Shown here piece after piece: positions 48,890 through 60,999 of a stretch of DNA of 64,000 bases. The notes under the pieces are model-generated. The model saw only the letters and a list, made by a program, of their open reading frames with translations. It did not search any database and was not told the origin of the DNA. The DNA is taken from NCBI GenBank assembly GCA_965112735.1, contig OZ218958.1, positions 3,162,001 to 3,226,000 on the forward strand, given 5' to 3'. The stretch is from Phaeosaccion multiseriatum. Taxonomy: Eukaryota; Protista; Ochrophyta, other classes. Both the position numbers and the translations under genes were made by a program. Position 1 is the first letter of the stretch; every line of letters starts with the position of its first letter.

Positions 48890-49513
48890 GAGAGAAGAGG
48901 AGGCGTTGGTGCGGGGCTCTGGATCTCTACTCGCTGCGCCTGGCTTCGCGTGCCCTACAGCGGCCCGTAGTGCGTCAAATGTGGTCAGATGGTGGCCTAG
49001 GGTTTGCAGCACAAGTTGAGACTCCAAACTGGCCCTCGATGGCGTCAAATAAAGGGGCGCAAAGCAGCGTCAAACGCCTTCAACGAGCTCAAACAGGGGG
49101 CTCAAGCGTCGTCAAACGTCGTCAAAGTAATCGTCATTTGGGGTAAAAAAAATCGCGGGGCGTCAAAAGTGCCGCTCAACCGCGAAATCGCAGTATCAAT
49201 TAAATAAAAAAGTAATTTTAAATTAAATTAAACTACTTACGAAGTAAAAAAAATGATTGAATGCAGCTCCAAGGGCGTGCTTGACTACGCGTGATTGACT
49301 ACCTGCGCCGGCAGGCATATCACATCATGCAGGTTGGGGTATTGTCGAAATACCGCTCGACCACCACGGTGGGAGAGCGAGTCGAGCTGCGTGTCATGAA
49401 CATAACACGAGCCACACCTAAGTGTGGCTCGAGAGCTCACTTCATCACGAACCGAAACAAAGTCGATAAATTGCTTGCTGGCTTGCTTGCTTCCGTCCTT
49501 CCGCCCTTTCTTG

Positions 49514-51663
49514 CTAGCATCCGAACTGGTCAGCTTTATCAAACACGTAATCATACCACTCCAATTCGTGCAGGTTCCAAGAGCCTGCAAGAGTCAAGTG
49601 GAGGTTGGGAAAGCCGTTCTCGGGGATGTGGTGGTCCAAGCAGCTGCCAGACTGGTCCTGGTATACATGGTTGAACTCCTCCCCCTCGTCGCCGTCGGAA
49701 TAGTGGCACAGCAGATATGTCTCCTCCGCCGCCACAAGCTCGAGATCGTTGCCCTGCAGGTCACGGACTACGTCCTCTCTGAACTCGTAAGTCGTCCTGC
49801 CCCACCTCTTGCGCTGGTGCACAGCTCCGGTATAGTAGTGCCGGAACCTGTCAATGTGCGAGTGTTGAGAGAGGGAGATATCACGACAGCGAGAGCGGCA
49901 CAGTGGATAAGCATGTGCGTGTGTGCGTGTGTGCATGGGCATGTGCGTGGGCGGAAGGGAAGAGGTGGTAATACCACACATACTCCGAAAAACGAAAAAT
50001 CCGAAACGTCTGGCCAGACGGGAGCATCCTTAAAAAGAGTGGGGAATATCCATAAAGAAAAAACACTCCGTGGTGTGGGTACGCACCAGTCTCCCTCCCG
50101 CACTTCGGGCGCGCTGTTGTTCATAAAGGCCCTCGCCGAGCCGTAAGTGGTGACTCCTATGGTGGAGGCCCTCACGCTCCTCCACTCGCCGTAAGTCGTG
50201 ATAAGATCGGTGTAGAGCATTTGCGCCTGCAAGTGGAGGGGGGTGGGTAGCAAGTAGAGCGTAGAAGGACAGGAGCGAGACGAGCCGTATGGTCGGGTGA
50301 GGGCGAGCAACACAGCTGGCGGTATGTACTGTCGAGGAAGGCAGCAAGTCAAGATCAACACGCCCTCCATAAATATGACAGAACGGAAATCCCCATCCCT
50401 GAATGACTCTTGCGGCCCCCTTGCTCAGATTCGATCAAGGGTACTTACTCACCATAGCTCCGCCTAGACTATGGCCTGGGAGAGGAGGAAGCAGAGGGGG
50501 AGGAGGAAGGTAAGGACAACGTGGCGGGGAGGAGGAGGCCGCGGCTTGCGCTGTGGCGAGCCCTGCAATACTAATGGTAGCAGACCCTCCACGGGAGTCA
50601 ATGGGCTGGCCGCGTGTGGACACAAACACACACACAGCCATTAGAGAGTGGCAGAGGTCCAAGAAGCCAAGCCTTCGCTCATACGCCTCGCCCAGGCGGC
50701 TCACCTGTAATGTGGATGCCCTCCTGCCCCACCAGGCCGACCGCTTCGTTGAGGCAGCCCAGATTCTTCAGGGCCTCGATGGCCTTGGCCCCGATGGATG
50801 TGTACTCACTCCAGAAGCCCCATTGCACCTGATACCGATCGAGCCACGTTACGTTGTACTCGCCAAAGGCGAGCTGTTTGGGGTACACATGCAAGTACAG
50901 CAAGTCAAGGCGGATCCAAGGCAACGAGAGAATGAGTGAGCAGAACGGGGGTCAAATTAACCCCCCACGCCCCACGCCGCACGTACCGTCAACCAGTCAC
51001 TTTCGTCGTCGATTCCATGGAACGCTACCCAGCACCACCGCCCCTCGTTGGTCAACTCCTCCTCGCTACTATCCTCGTTGTCGTCGTCGAGGTTATTGCC
51101 ATTGTGCCCGTCCTTGCACACGACAACTCTGTCCTTGCCCTCCGACACCCAAGAAAACACCCCATCGTCGTCAACAGTGATGGTGATGCACCTGCGAACG
51201 TTCTCGTCCACACTTTCGCCGTCAGGGACGATGTACGGCATCTTGCATTCGTCGTCCGCGTCTCCGTTCTCGTCACTTACATAAGCGTCAGCCGCCATCA
51301 TCACGAATTTCCTAGGGAGTGAAGTAGAAAGAGAGAGAAGGGAGGTGAGGCAAGGAGGCAGGAGCGGGTGGGAAGGAGGGGAGGAAAGAAACAAGTGGCA
51401 GACAGAGTGAGAAGAAGAGGAAAGGGGAAAGGGGGGGAGGGAGACGACAGAGAGAAAAGAAGGTGTATCCAACCTCGCCTCCGTTCTTACCTCTGGCGGC
51501 AGGTTGCGTAGTCCATACAGCAGCTCCTCCCGGGACACACATCATACAGCCCAGTGCTGAATGCGGGATGATCATCGTCCCAAGGCAAGAGCGCCCGCTC
51601 TCCTGGGCGGGCGGATGCACCCCCAAAGGCGCCCACCACTGCCACCAACAAGTGCAACCTCAT
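49514..51663 (-). CDS. Secreted class-3 lipase, copy 2 (tandem paralogue)
   Basis: Same exon structure and motifs as copy 1 (MRLHLLVAVVGAFGGASA; ITG|HSLGGAM; EDVVRDL; NLHELEWY); duplicated unit ~49270-51730 vs ~45432-47995. Confidence 0.85.
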
Positions 51664-51888
51664 GTTGTTCTATTGCCCACAGCCGAAGCCAATCAGTCCG
51701 TCAATCCCCCTCTTCAGATCAGCAGCAGAGGGAGAGAGAAGTGGGTTGTGCGTGTGGGAGCACAGGACATAGACATGGAGAGTTTTCCGAGTTTTCGGAC
51801 ACACCCAAGAGTCTGAAGATCGTTATTCAAAAATTATATGTAACGGAAAATACCGTTCCGCACCTCCTTTCCTCCGAGTACCCTTGCA

Positions 51889-53703
51889 CTAATCACCCGC
51901 CCCCCCAAAAATGCTGATGTCTTCCCCGTCGACGGGGCATGTCCGCTTGCCCATGCCCAGCCACTGCGCGATGCAGCCGTGGCAAAACATGTGAAGGCAC
52001 GGAAGCGTTGTGACCTCTCCCTCCAGCGGGCAAAGGCAAACGGGACAATTGCTGTCTGACGTTTCACCCCCACCCTTGCCGGCAGCCCCAACTCCTCCTC
52101 CTCCTCCTCGTGCCGCTGCTGCTGCCCCCGCCGCCCCCATAGAGGTGCTTCCACCACTGCTGCTGCCATCCCCCACCTGCGGTCGTATCACCTGCGTGGG
52201 CAGCAGAGAGATGAGCTGTGCGGTCTCCGCGCTCCGCTCTGCCGCCTTCTTCTTCTCCTCCTTCTCATCCAAAGCAAGCAGGCGCTCGTAGTCCTCTGGT
52301 GTAATGTCTCTCCGCTGGAGGTCGTCCGCTGCCCCTCCGCCTCCCCCTCCCCCCATGCCCCCCACGCCCATACCCGGAAAATCCTGGTAGTCTCCTTCAA
52401 AAAAGTCCAAGCCAAATCCCATGCCTCCTGCTCGTCGTCCTCCTCGCCCCAACTCATAGCCTGCCTCTGCCCCAAAGTCATCCGCTTCTGCCGGCCAGTC
52501 CAACCCGCCGGCATCGGATACCCTCCTTCCTCCCCCGCGTCGCGCGCCTCTCCCCCGTCCTTTCCCTCTCCCCCGCCCTTCTCCTCCTCTTACCCTCCCT
52601 TGCCCCCCCCCTCCTCTTCCCCGCCCTCCCCTGCCCTTTCCTCCTCTTCCCCGGGCCGCTACTACCCTCGCGAGCCTATCCTCGGCGGCGAGTCGTTCTG
52701 CCAATCTCTTGGCTAGGAAATGATCCTCGGCCACCTGACGCTGCTGCCCTCCTTCGATACTTATCGAGCTCCCGCCTCTGTCCCTTGATCCCACCCCCGC
52801 GGCTACTGCTGCTGCTGCTGCTGCTGCTGCCGCCGCTTTTGCTGCCCTCGCTTTGGGGACCTCCATGGCCTGTCGCACTTGCCGGTCGTCTTCAGCCTGC
52901 AATCTCCTCGCGAAGGCTTCGTCCTGTTGCATGGAAACTTCCTCCGACTCGCGCTGTCGGTTGTGCGGAGGGGGGTACTGACAAGGTGGTCGCTGTTCCT
53001 GCTGCTCCTGTCCCCGTTGCTGCTTCTGCTTCTGCCGCTGGGTGGTGCTCATTCCAGTGCTTGGCCACGAGAAGTCCTCATCATCGTCACCCACACAGTT
53101 CAGGTTCCTCGCCGCCGATGCCCTTGCCGTTCTAGCTGCTGCTGCGGTTCCTGCCGCACCTGCTGCTGCTGGGGAGCGAGTCCTCCCCTCGCTGGTGCCT
53201 TCCTCACCAGAACGACGCATGGCTGCCGCGCCAGGCCTCAGTTCAAACCTAATGCTCGGCCTGGAGGGTGACACCCTGTCCTGCTCCTGATACTGCCCAA
53301 CCATGGGATCGCTCGGCTGTCGTGGCCTTTTCCTGAAGCTGGTGCTCTTGTTGGCGTTGCATCTAGCGCCTCCTCCCTCCCCCTTGCTCTCCTCCCCTCG
53401 ACGCTCATGGTGGGGAGCAGAAGAAGGGCTGAGCAGATCGATGACAATAGGCAGGGCCCGAGGCCTTGTCGGGCCTTCTTTCATCCCCTCTTGCTCCTGT
53501 GTAGGCCCTTCTAGCGCGCCTCCCCGTTTCATCAGACTCGGCGACAATGGACTGAGGAGATCTATGACTTCCACTTCTCCAGCACTGCCGCCTTGCTTCT
53601 TCCCCCTCTCTATCCTCCTGGGTGTCTCAAGCCCCCCCCGGTCTCCGCTTCCCTCCTCATCGCTACCATCTACCATCTCCACCACGTCGACAGGCCCATT
53701 CAT
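51889..53703 (-). CDS. RING-finger E3 ubiquitin ligase with SIM-like, MIU-like and RGG segments
   Basis: 604-codon ORF; C-terminal CPVC-x12-CLHMFCHGCIAQWL-x6-CPVD, preceded by DITPEDYERLLALDE. Confidence 0.85.
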   Translation of the reverse strand: MNGPVDVVEMVDGSDEEGSGDRGGLETPRRIERGKKQGGSAGEVEVIDLLSPLSPSLMKRGGALEGPTQEQEGMKEGPTRPRALPIVIDLLSPSSAPHHERRGEESKGEGGGARCNANKSTSFRKRPRQPSDPMVGQYQEQDRVSPSRPSIRFELRPGAAAMRRSGEEGTSEGRTRSPAAAGAAGTAAAARTARASAARNLNCVGDDDEDFSWPSTGMSTTQRQKQKQQRGQEQQEQRPPCQYPPPHNRQRESEEVSMQQDEAFARRLQAEDDRQVRQAMEVPKARAAKAAAAAAAAAAVAAGVGSRDRGGSSISIEGGQQRQVAEDHFLAKRLAERLAAEDRLARVVAARGRGGKGRGGRGRGGGGQGRVRGGEGRGRGKGRGRGARRGGGRRVSDAGGLDWPAEADDFGAEAGYELGRGGRRAGGMGFGLDFFEGDYQDFPGMGVGGMGGGGGGGAADDLQRRDITPEDYERLLALDEKEEKKKAAERSAETAQLISLLPTQVIRPQVGDGSSSGGSTSMGAAGAAAAARGGGGGVGAAGKGGGETSDSNCPVCLCPLEGEVTTLPCLHMFCHGCIAQWLGMGKRTCPVDGEDISIFGGAGD

Positions 53704-53962
53704 ATCTGTTCTTGCCCGGAGGCTGCTCCCTTCTTCTCACACAACGTTACCCCCTCAATGCCCCTTATCAGTCTCCTCCTTCCGCTCCCTCCATCCCCAT
53801 GCTCTCGCTCGTTGTGACTATAGATGTGTGTGTTGTGATGTTGCATTTGTGTTTGCCCGTAGGACTCCACATCCCATCGTGCTCCCCGCCAAACAAAGGC
53901 CCGTGGGATTCGTCGTGGAATATCGAGAAGGAGGGGGGTGTGGCTAGGCCTCCTACGCCAGC

Positions 53963-55405
53963 ATGAGTAGCAGGGGTAGAGCAGCTGGGCGGCAATGGGA
54001 AGAGGAAGAGGAAGAGGACGGGCAGCAGAGGCAGTCCGTGTGAGTACCATACCTCCTCTTTTGACACCAGTTCCCCGAGTAATTGCAGTAGCAGCAGTAG
54101 CAGCGAACAGCAGGAGCAAAATGCTTCTCCTTTCTGATCCCTTCTTTCTCTCTCTCCTTCTCTCGCTCTATCTCTCTCCCTCTCTCTCCCTCTCTCCCTC
54201 TCTCTCTCTCCCTATCTCTCCCTCTCTCTGTGTGTGTGTCCCTCTCTCTCACTCTCCCGTCTCTCCCTTTTCATCACAACAGAACGGTTTGCGCCCCTGG
54301 CAAGGTTCTTCTGGCGGGAGGCTATTTGGTGCTGGAGAGGCCCAACTCGGGCATGGTCATCGGAGCCAGCGCTCGCTTCTTCTCCACAGCGGTGCTCTCC
54401 GTCCCGGTACGTGAGCTTCACACTTGAGGCAACGTCCTTCACGGCCCGCCGTGCTCTGCTGCTCCTGCATGTGGGAGGCTGGCTCGCTGCTTTCGCCCCC
54501 ATCCTTTGTCTGCTCCCATGTGTGCGGGAGGCCCCGCACCGTCCTTCCTGTCTTGTAGGTGAATGCAGGGTAGTGGTGCTCCCAGTCCATTCACACTCGT
54601 GCCCGTGCTCTACCGCTGTCCGCTCCGTACCCCATCAGGCCTCGAAGGAGGAGGAGTCGTGGGTGACGATGCAAGAGCCCGGCAGCAGCGACAGTGGTAG
54701 CAGCAGTAGTGCGTCCAGTGGAAAGGCAGGGAGCAGCCTGGTCATTGCCGTGTATAGCCCGCAATTCCACACCAACTTCGCTTACATGTGCTCATGGCCA
54801 TCCGAAACTGAGCTTCCATCACTAACACCGCTGTAAGTGACAAACCTCCAGCTCTCTTCTATGCAAAGTAGAGCCTACGTTTGACATCATGATGCCCATC
54901 CGTGAGTCTCTGACCTCTCCCCCCCCCCTCCTCCGTCCTCTCTGGTAACAAACGTCCCTCCTGCGCAGGTTGCCCGACCAAGACGACAACCCATATGTAG
55001 AGCACACTCTGACGTACACAATGGGCTTCCTGCGGGGCTTCCTCCCGGACGGGGCGCTCTCTGCCAAGCTTCGCCACATGGCGGAGCGAGGCCTCCTCCT
55101 GCGCATCAAGCTCAGGGCTGATAACGACTTTTACTCACAAACACACGAGGTTGGTCCAGCCAAGTATAGGATACACCCTGTGCAGCCAAGTGTCTCTCAG
55201 ACACACGCAGAGATTGGTTTGCGAGGGAGGTTCGAAGGTGGGCGTGCAGTCTACTCACTCCTGTGGTCCTGTGTGCCGTCTGCTTGCGGGGGCGGGAGCG
55301 GAGTTGATGAGGGCAAGCACGGAACGGAAGCCGTCGCTCATATGGCCAATGTCCCGCAATTTGAGGCTGAGCCTCCCCTCCTTTCCTTTCTGCCTGCCTG
55401 CTGTG

Positions 55406-55443
<38 letters not shown>

Positions 55444-56077
55444 TATCTGTCTGTCTGTCTGTCTGTCCGTCTTTCCGTCTGTGTGCAGATGAAAGCCCGG
55501 GGTCTCGCCGTATCCGCCGAGTCACTGGCCAGTCTCCCTCCGTTCCTCCCCTGCCCCAAACAAGAGGACGGCACGGTGCTCATCGCCAAGACTGGCATGG
55601 GCAGCTCTGCCGCCCTCATCACCTCTCTCGTCGGGTGTCTCTTGAGCTTCTTTGAGGCGGTGGCAGCACCAGGTGAACCTGTCGAGGCGGGCGGGGGCAA
55701 GGGGCTGAAGCAGCAGCAGGAGGAGGAGGAGCGTGGTTTGTCTATAGTGCATAACTTGGCACAGATCTGCCACGGGATTGCCCAGGGGAAGGTAAGCCGC
55801 GGGTCCTGTGGGCTGGGATTTTGTGTTGGTGATGGTGGTTGTGGTGCTTGTGCGAAGCAAAATTGGGATGTGCAGAGGGAGTCTTGTCTTGTTGTCAGCC
55901 ACAGGTTGTCGTGGGCGCAAGGTCGTACATATGCACCCAACTTTCGTGTACCAGTGTAGAGTGTCTGTCAGGTCCTGCTTCGAGAGTGTGACCCAACCAT
56001 GTGTTCCTCAGCCAACCCCTACCCCGCCCTCCTGCGACTCTAATTGTACGCATTGCACATGCCTTGTGCGTGTGTGT

Positions 56078-56128
<51 letters not shown>

Positions 56129-57109
56129 CGTGTGTGTGTGCAGGTGGGGAGTGGGTTTGACGTGTCTGCTGCTGTGTACGGGTCGCACGAGTACACTCGC
56201 TTCTCGCCCAGCATCATTGAAAAGGTGCTCGCGGGAAGCAGCGATGGAGGCGGAGGAGAGGAACAGAAGCAGAGTCCAGGTGCTTATCCGGAGCTGCTCC
56301 AGCAAGCGGTGTGCAGGGAATGGGACTGCGAGCGAGCAAAGGTGGCCCTGCCTGCAGATTTCCGCCTCCTCATGGGCGACGTGTCGGGCGGCTCCTCCAC
56401 CCCATCCATGGTGCGAAAAGTGCTGGCCTGGAAGAGGGCGAGCAGCACTGCGATGGAGGCAGAGGCTCTGTGGGCAGAGCTCGCCGCCGTTAACGCCTCC
56501 ATCGTCGCACTCGTGAGGGAGATTCACGACCTGTCCACCATGGATGGTGCTGCAATTAGAGGAGTAGACTCGGAGGAGGCGACAGAGCCCAACAAGGAAG
56601 AAGGCGCAGCGGTGGTTGCTGCTTCAGCATTCAAGACTGACATGGCAGCCCTCGCCGGTCAATGCGGAGAGCTTTGGCCCTCTGTAGAAGCGGGCGCGCC
56701 AGATGGCAATGACTGCGACTCTTCCCTGGCCTCTCTGCTGCGCAGGCTCCGAGCAGCGTTTGCGCGGGCGCGTGAGTTGCTTCGCCACATGGGAGAGGCG
56801 GCGGGAGTGCCCATTGAGCCCCCAGAGCAGACGGCACTGGCCAATGCCACTGCCGCGCTACCTGGTGTCGTGTGTGCTGGCGTGCCCGGCGCGGGAGGGG
56901 TGGATGCGATTTACGCCATTGCGATTGGGCAAGAGGCGGTGGCGGGAGTAGAGAGCCTCTGGGCGAGCTGGGGAGGTCCTGGCACCTCAGATGGTGGTGG
57001 GAGTGGCGTCGGTGGCGTGGGGGCAGCGAGGGTGTGCCCCCTGTCGCTAAGGGCGAGCACGGAGGGCCTTCGCTGGAGCGAGTTGGGCTGGGATGGGTCG
57101 AGTAGATGA
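53963..57109 (+). CDS. ERG8: Phosphomevalonate kinase (ERG8/plant type, GHMP kinase), six exons
   Basis: APGKVLLAGGYLVLE, SPQF, NPYVE, ADNDFYSQ, KTGMGSSAALITSLV, AQGK|VGSGFDVSAAVYGS, GVPIEPPEQT, GVPGAGGVDAI; first exon 53963-54039 is phase-compatible with the acceptor at 54282. Confidence 0.95.
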
Positions 57110-57428
57110 GACCTTGCAGGAGAGCTTGCGACTGCTGCTGTTGATGCTGGCTTGAAGCTATCATCGTCTGCACGCCTTCGCGGCCTCCTGCCTGATTAGT
57201 TGTTGCTAATAAAGAAATAAAGAAACCATCCGGCCGGGTTTGCTTGGCCTCGCCACCTCCGTGTGTGTATGTGTACGTGAGTGTGTGTGCATGTGCGCGT
57301 TTATGCTAACGACGTTGTTCATTCAACCTCACAGATTTTCGGCGAAATTTCCCAAAAGCGCGGGAACAACGCAAAGTCCAGGCCAGAACCGGTTGCATCC
57401 AAAGCGACGGCACGCAAAGCAAGCATCA

Positions 57429-58178
57429 ATGACGAGCGCGCAGGAGCATGAGCAGCAGCAGCAGCAGCAGCAGTATCAGGAGGAGGAGCGACAAGAGGAG
57501 GATAACGCCGGGGTGAAAGTGGTGGTGAAAGACATCGTGGTCGCGCTTGAGACACATCTCCTCGAAAAGGCCGGAATAGCTCCTGCGGGAAGCCAATCCA
57601 TCGGCGCCATCACTCGAGCGCAGGCCAGTCTTCGCGGAGGCGAGCAGCAGGGGGCTCCGAGTCCCAAGCCCTTCGCCACGATGGACGGTGAGACTTTGAC
57701 CGCCCCGCCAGACGGCTTTTTGGAGCCTTCTTTCGTTCACAACCAAGAAGGCCGCCATGCCACCGTGAGCCCGCCTTTCGCAAGAGCACCCGCAGCGGCT
57801 GGAGGAGGAGGCGGAGGAGGAAGAGGAGGAGGAGGAGGAGGAGGAGGAGGAGGAGGAGGAGGAGGAGGAGGAGGAGGAGGAAGGCCTAGAGTTCCGTCGG
57901 ACCTGCGCAGTGATTGGGTTTCTCTCGAGTGGGGCCGGGGCGCGCCTTTTCCGTCGGCCATGCTCCCACTCGGAGTGGCAGTCCCGCAGCCGCAGCAGGA
58001 GCGGCACGAGCAGCGGCGGCAGCCTCAGGCGCACCAGCGGACGGACTCCCTCCTCGACGACCGATTCGGCGACGCCAGGCATTGCAACTGGGGGAGGCAT
58101 GAATGCTCTGTCGTGTCGGACTTTTCGGAGGGGGGAGGAGTGGAGGAGTGGACGCATCCTCTCAGCTTAGGCTGGTAG
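57429..58178 (+). CDS. Hypothetical low-complexity protein (poly-Q, poly-G)
   Basis: ORF starting MTSAQEHEQQQQ with one helix-like stretch (VKVVVKDIVVALETHLLEKAG); no domain recognised. Confidence 0.35.
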   Translation: MTSAQEHEQQQQQQQYQEEERQEEDNAGVKVVVKDIVVALETHLLEKAGIAPAGSQSIGAITRAQASLRGGEQQGAPSPKPFATMDGETLTAPPDGFLEPSFVHNQEGRHATVSPPFARAPAAAGGGGGGGRGGGGGGGGGGGGGGGGGGGRPRVPSDLRSDWVSLEWGRGAPFPSAMLPLGVAVPQPQQERHEQRRQPQAHQRTDSLLDDRFGDARHCNWGRHECSVVSDFSEGGGVEEWTHPLSLGW

Positions 58179-59314
58179 GCGCACAGGTGTAGGGGGGGAG
58201 CCGAACGAGGAGGGCCCGATGATCAGGAGGAGGTCGCAAGAAGAAGAGAGGACACTCGAATTTGAAGGGGGCCGAGGCAGAACGCCCCTACTGCTCAGCC
58301 ATTGAAATTGAACCATTTTACCGTGTATAGCTTTGCAATTTGTCTCAAGACTCTCCTCGCCCCCTCGTCGCGCTGATGCGTTGGTGCCCTTCCTGTCTGA
58401 ACAAAATGAGTCTTGCTTCACGGACCAATGCCCTCCTTGGCGGCATCTTCTCTCCTTCCCCCCCGCTGGTTACCCCGCTACCGGCCCCGCGCCCCCCCCC
58501 TCTCCTCTCCACCCGCACTCGGCTTTGCTCTTGACTGTCCACGATGATACACGTCCCCCTCCCTTTGCTAAAAGGACGAGGCTGACGCCGGAGTCCGAAT
58601 CCGGAGAGTCAGAGACGAGCCTGAGCTGTCGCGAAGAGCAGATGCCATCGCATAAAGCCTTCACCACAGCACCACCCTCGAAGAAGGGAGAGGAGACCCC
58701 ATCTAGGAAATCGTTCACGCCGTAGCTTTGCCCATGACCCCCCCTGCAATGTCTGTGCATCGTCCCAAAGCAGCCAGCACAATGCGCAAGTCCCCCTCCG
58801 CTTTCCAGACAGAGCCCCTGCTCGAGCCCAACTACCATTTGCCGAGCAACGGCCACGAGACGCGGCAGCCTCGTGCCCCCCTTCTTGTCGGCTCTATGGG
58901 CAACGACGTTGCACATGCAAGCACGCATCCACTCTGCTCTGTGAAATGAGATGTGAAGAGGGCCTTTTCTTATCCGCCTCCCCGTCGGAATCCCCCCCCC
59001 CGAGACACAGGGGGGGGACTGAGACAGAGAAGCGCTTCCTGCACCCACGGCTCCTCGATTGTGTGAAATGTGCAAGCTTATAGGTTACAACCCGGCAAGG
59101 GAGAGCCCTGCTACGGCGAAGGCCTACGAGCTCCTCTGCAGAAGCCCATTCTCGCCTCCCTTGTCAAATCGGCCCGTGCTACCCCGCCGGCTGCCATCCC
59201 AAAGCGACTCTCGACCACCCAAGCACTTACACAGACGGGCGCCATGCTGGTGCTGCTTAGAAGCGTTTTTGTAAACTATTCCAGGAATGTTGTTGGAAGC
59301 CGACGAGCCGTGGC

Positions 59315-60079
59315 CTAATGTGGGTCTTCCGGCTGGTAGCTTGTTGGAGCCGTTGACGGCCTGCGGTCCAATGAATTTGCTGGTAGTGGAGATGCTCGCG
59401 CATCTGGTCCAGTGAAAGGGCCGAGTCTGAGGCTGTTGTCGGCTGGCGGTGTATTGAAAGGGCATGTAGTGAAGCCGATGCTGGGCGGTGGTCCGTTGAA
59501 ACCGCAGGTCGTGAAGCCATTGCCGGTGGGCGGTGCGTTGAAAGGGGCGGGCATCAGGCTGTTGCCGGGCATCAGGCTGTTGCCGGGCATCAGGCTGTTG
59601 CCCGGCGGTGGTTGATTGAAAGGGCCGTTAGTGAAGCCGATGCCGGCGGGCGGTGCGTTGAAAGAGCTGGACATGAAGCCCCGCGAGGCCCCGGCTATCT
59701 GCGACCAACCCCCGCTCCAGTTCAAGTGGGAAGTGCCGCCCACCGACAGCGGAGTCCGGGTAGGAGCTTGAGAGGCGGAGTAAGAGTCCCCTTCAAAGCC
59801 GATCGAAGGCGATGTGTTCCCACCAACGCGGCTGGTGGATAAAGCAGTGCCCTCCCTCGCCGCGGGAGCTTGCTCGAAAGGTCGCTTAGGCTCCTTAGTC
59901 GCCGCCTTCGCAGCGGCCTCGGCTATATGCTGCTCCATCATAGTGCGGTGCTGCTCAACAACACCTACGAGAGTCTCATCATCCATGGACGCGATCCATT
60001 CGATGATCAACTCGCGGGCCTCTTCAACCCTCTTCTTCCCCACGGGCGCTGTTGGACGACGACCATCGAAGGAGGACAT
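59315..60079 (-). CDS. Intronless hypothetical protein with an N-terminal helical segment and FNxPP repeats
   Basis: RVEEARELIIEWIASMDDETLVGVVEQHR, then five FN[AQGT]PP units and (GNSLMP)x3. Confidence 0.55.
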   Translation of the reverse strand: MSSFDGRRPTAPVGKKRVEEARELIIEWIASMDDETLVGVVEQHRTMMEQHIAEAAAKAATKEPKRPFEQAPAAREGTALSTSRVGGNTSPSIGFEGDSYSASQAPTRTPLSVGGTSHLNWSGGWSQIAGASRGFMSSSFNAPPAGIGFTNGPFNQPPPGNSLMPGNSLMPGNSLMPAPFNAPPTGNGFTTCGFNGPPPSIGFTTCPFNTPPADNSLRLGPFTGPDARASPLPANSLDRRPSTAPTSYQPEDPH

Positions 60080-60999
60080 GACTGTCTCATAGCGGACCGC
60101 TCCACCGCAAGCACAAGTTCAGCGCGAGACAACAGACGAAGGGGCGACACGCAGGGAGCCGGAGATTGTGTATGGGGGAGAGATGGCGTTAAAAGGAAAA
60201 ACTCCGAGCTTTCGTTTCCCCCCAGCTCCGCCACCGGCCGTGTTGCTATTTCACCGTATCGGAGGCATAAGAATAGTGTGGAGACTTCGCTGCTTACCTT
60301 CTCTTGGCTTTGTAGTCGAGTTTCTTATTATTAGGGGGAGAGAGAGATAGGACGCAGTCGAAGCGTTAAATGGTAGGAGGGGCCTTCAAACGCGACGAGA
60401 AGGTGCTGTCAGCGCCGCTGTGACCAAGAGGTAGAGCGCAGAGCGAAACCAGATCAAGCAGAGGGCGATGGGGAGACTGGGGACGATCTCGCCCTTCAGC
60501 ACGCATACTTGCGTCAGCCCACCATTTGGTGTCAGGACGAGCTCAGCGCCTCGGAGAAATCGATTACTTTAATCACACTGTCTCTGTGTCCTTTATTCTA
60601 AAGCAGGCCTCTCGCGGAAGCTTGACTCTCGTTCCATGAGGCAGAGGGGCCGTTTCGATTCGAGCATCTCACCTAGCCCTCCCCCTAACCATCACATTCT
60701 CCAGTTGCTTCAATTCGTGTCCTCCGAGATGATAAGCTCTGACATATATACACTGCCCCTGGACATCATCGGCCTCCGTGCTCAGGCGCACGTGTCTCTG
60801 CCTGTCGCCTCGAATACCCACTCCTCTTAGTGAGAAGCGGGGGGCGAGATGGAGGGGGCAGCAGGCGAGCGAGCCTGCCAAGCGGGAGAAGCAAGCCATC
60901 ACCCTCTGTAACGCGCTGGTCTAGCGGCCCAACGCTTCTCTCTCATTGAATACCAAGTCCGCTCGCCCAAGCTTCGCAGTGTCGAAAAGAAGTCGACTC

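Noticed and set aside
60350-60950. Short ORFs between the FNxPP gene and the ankyrin gene
   Set aside because: No motif, no consistent splice model and stops in the plausible frames.
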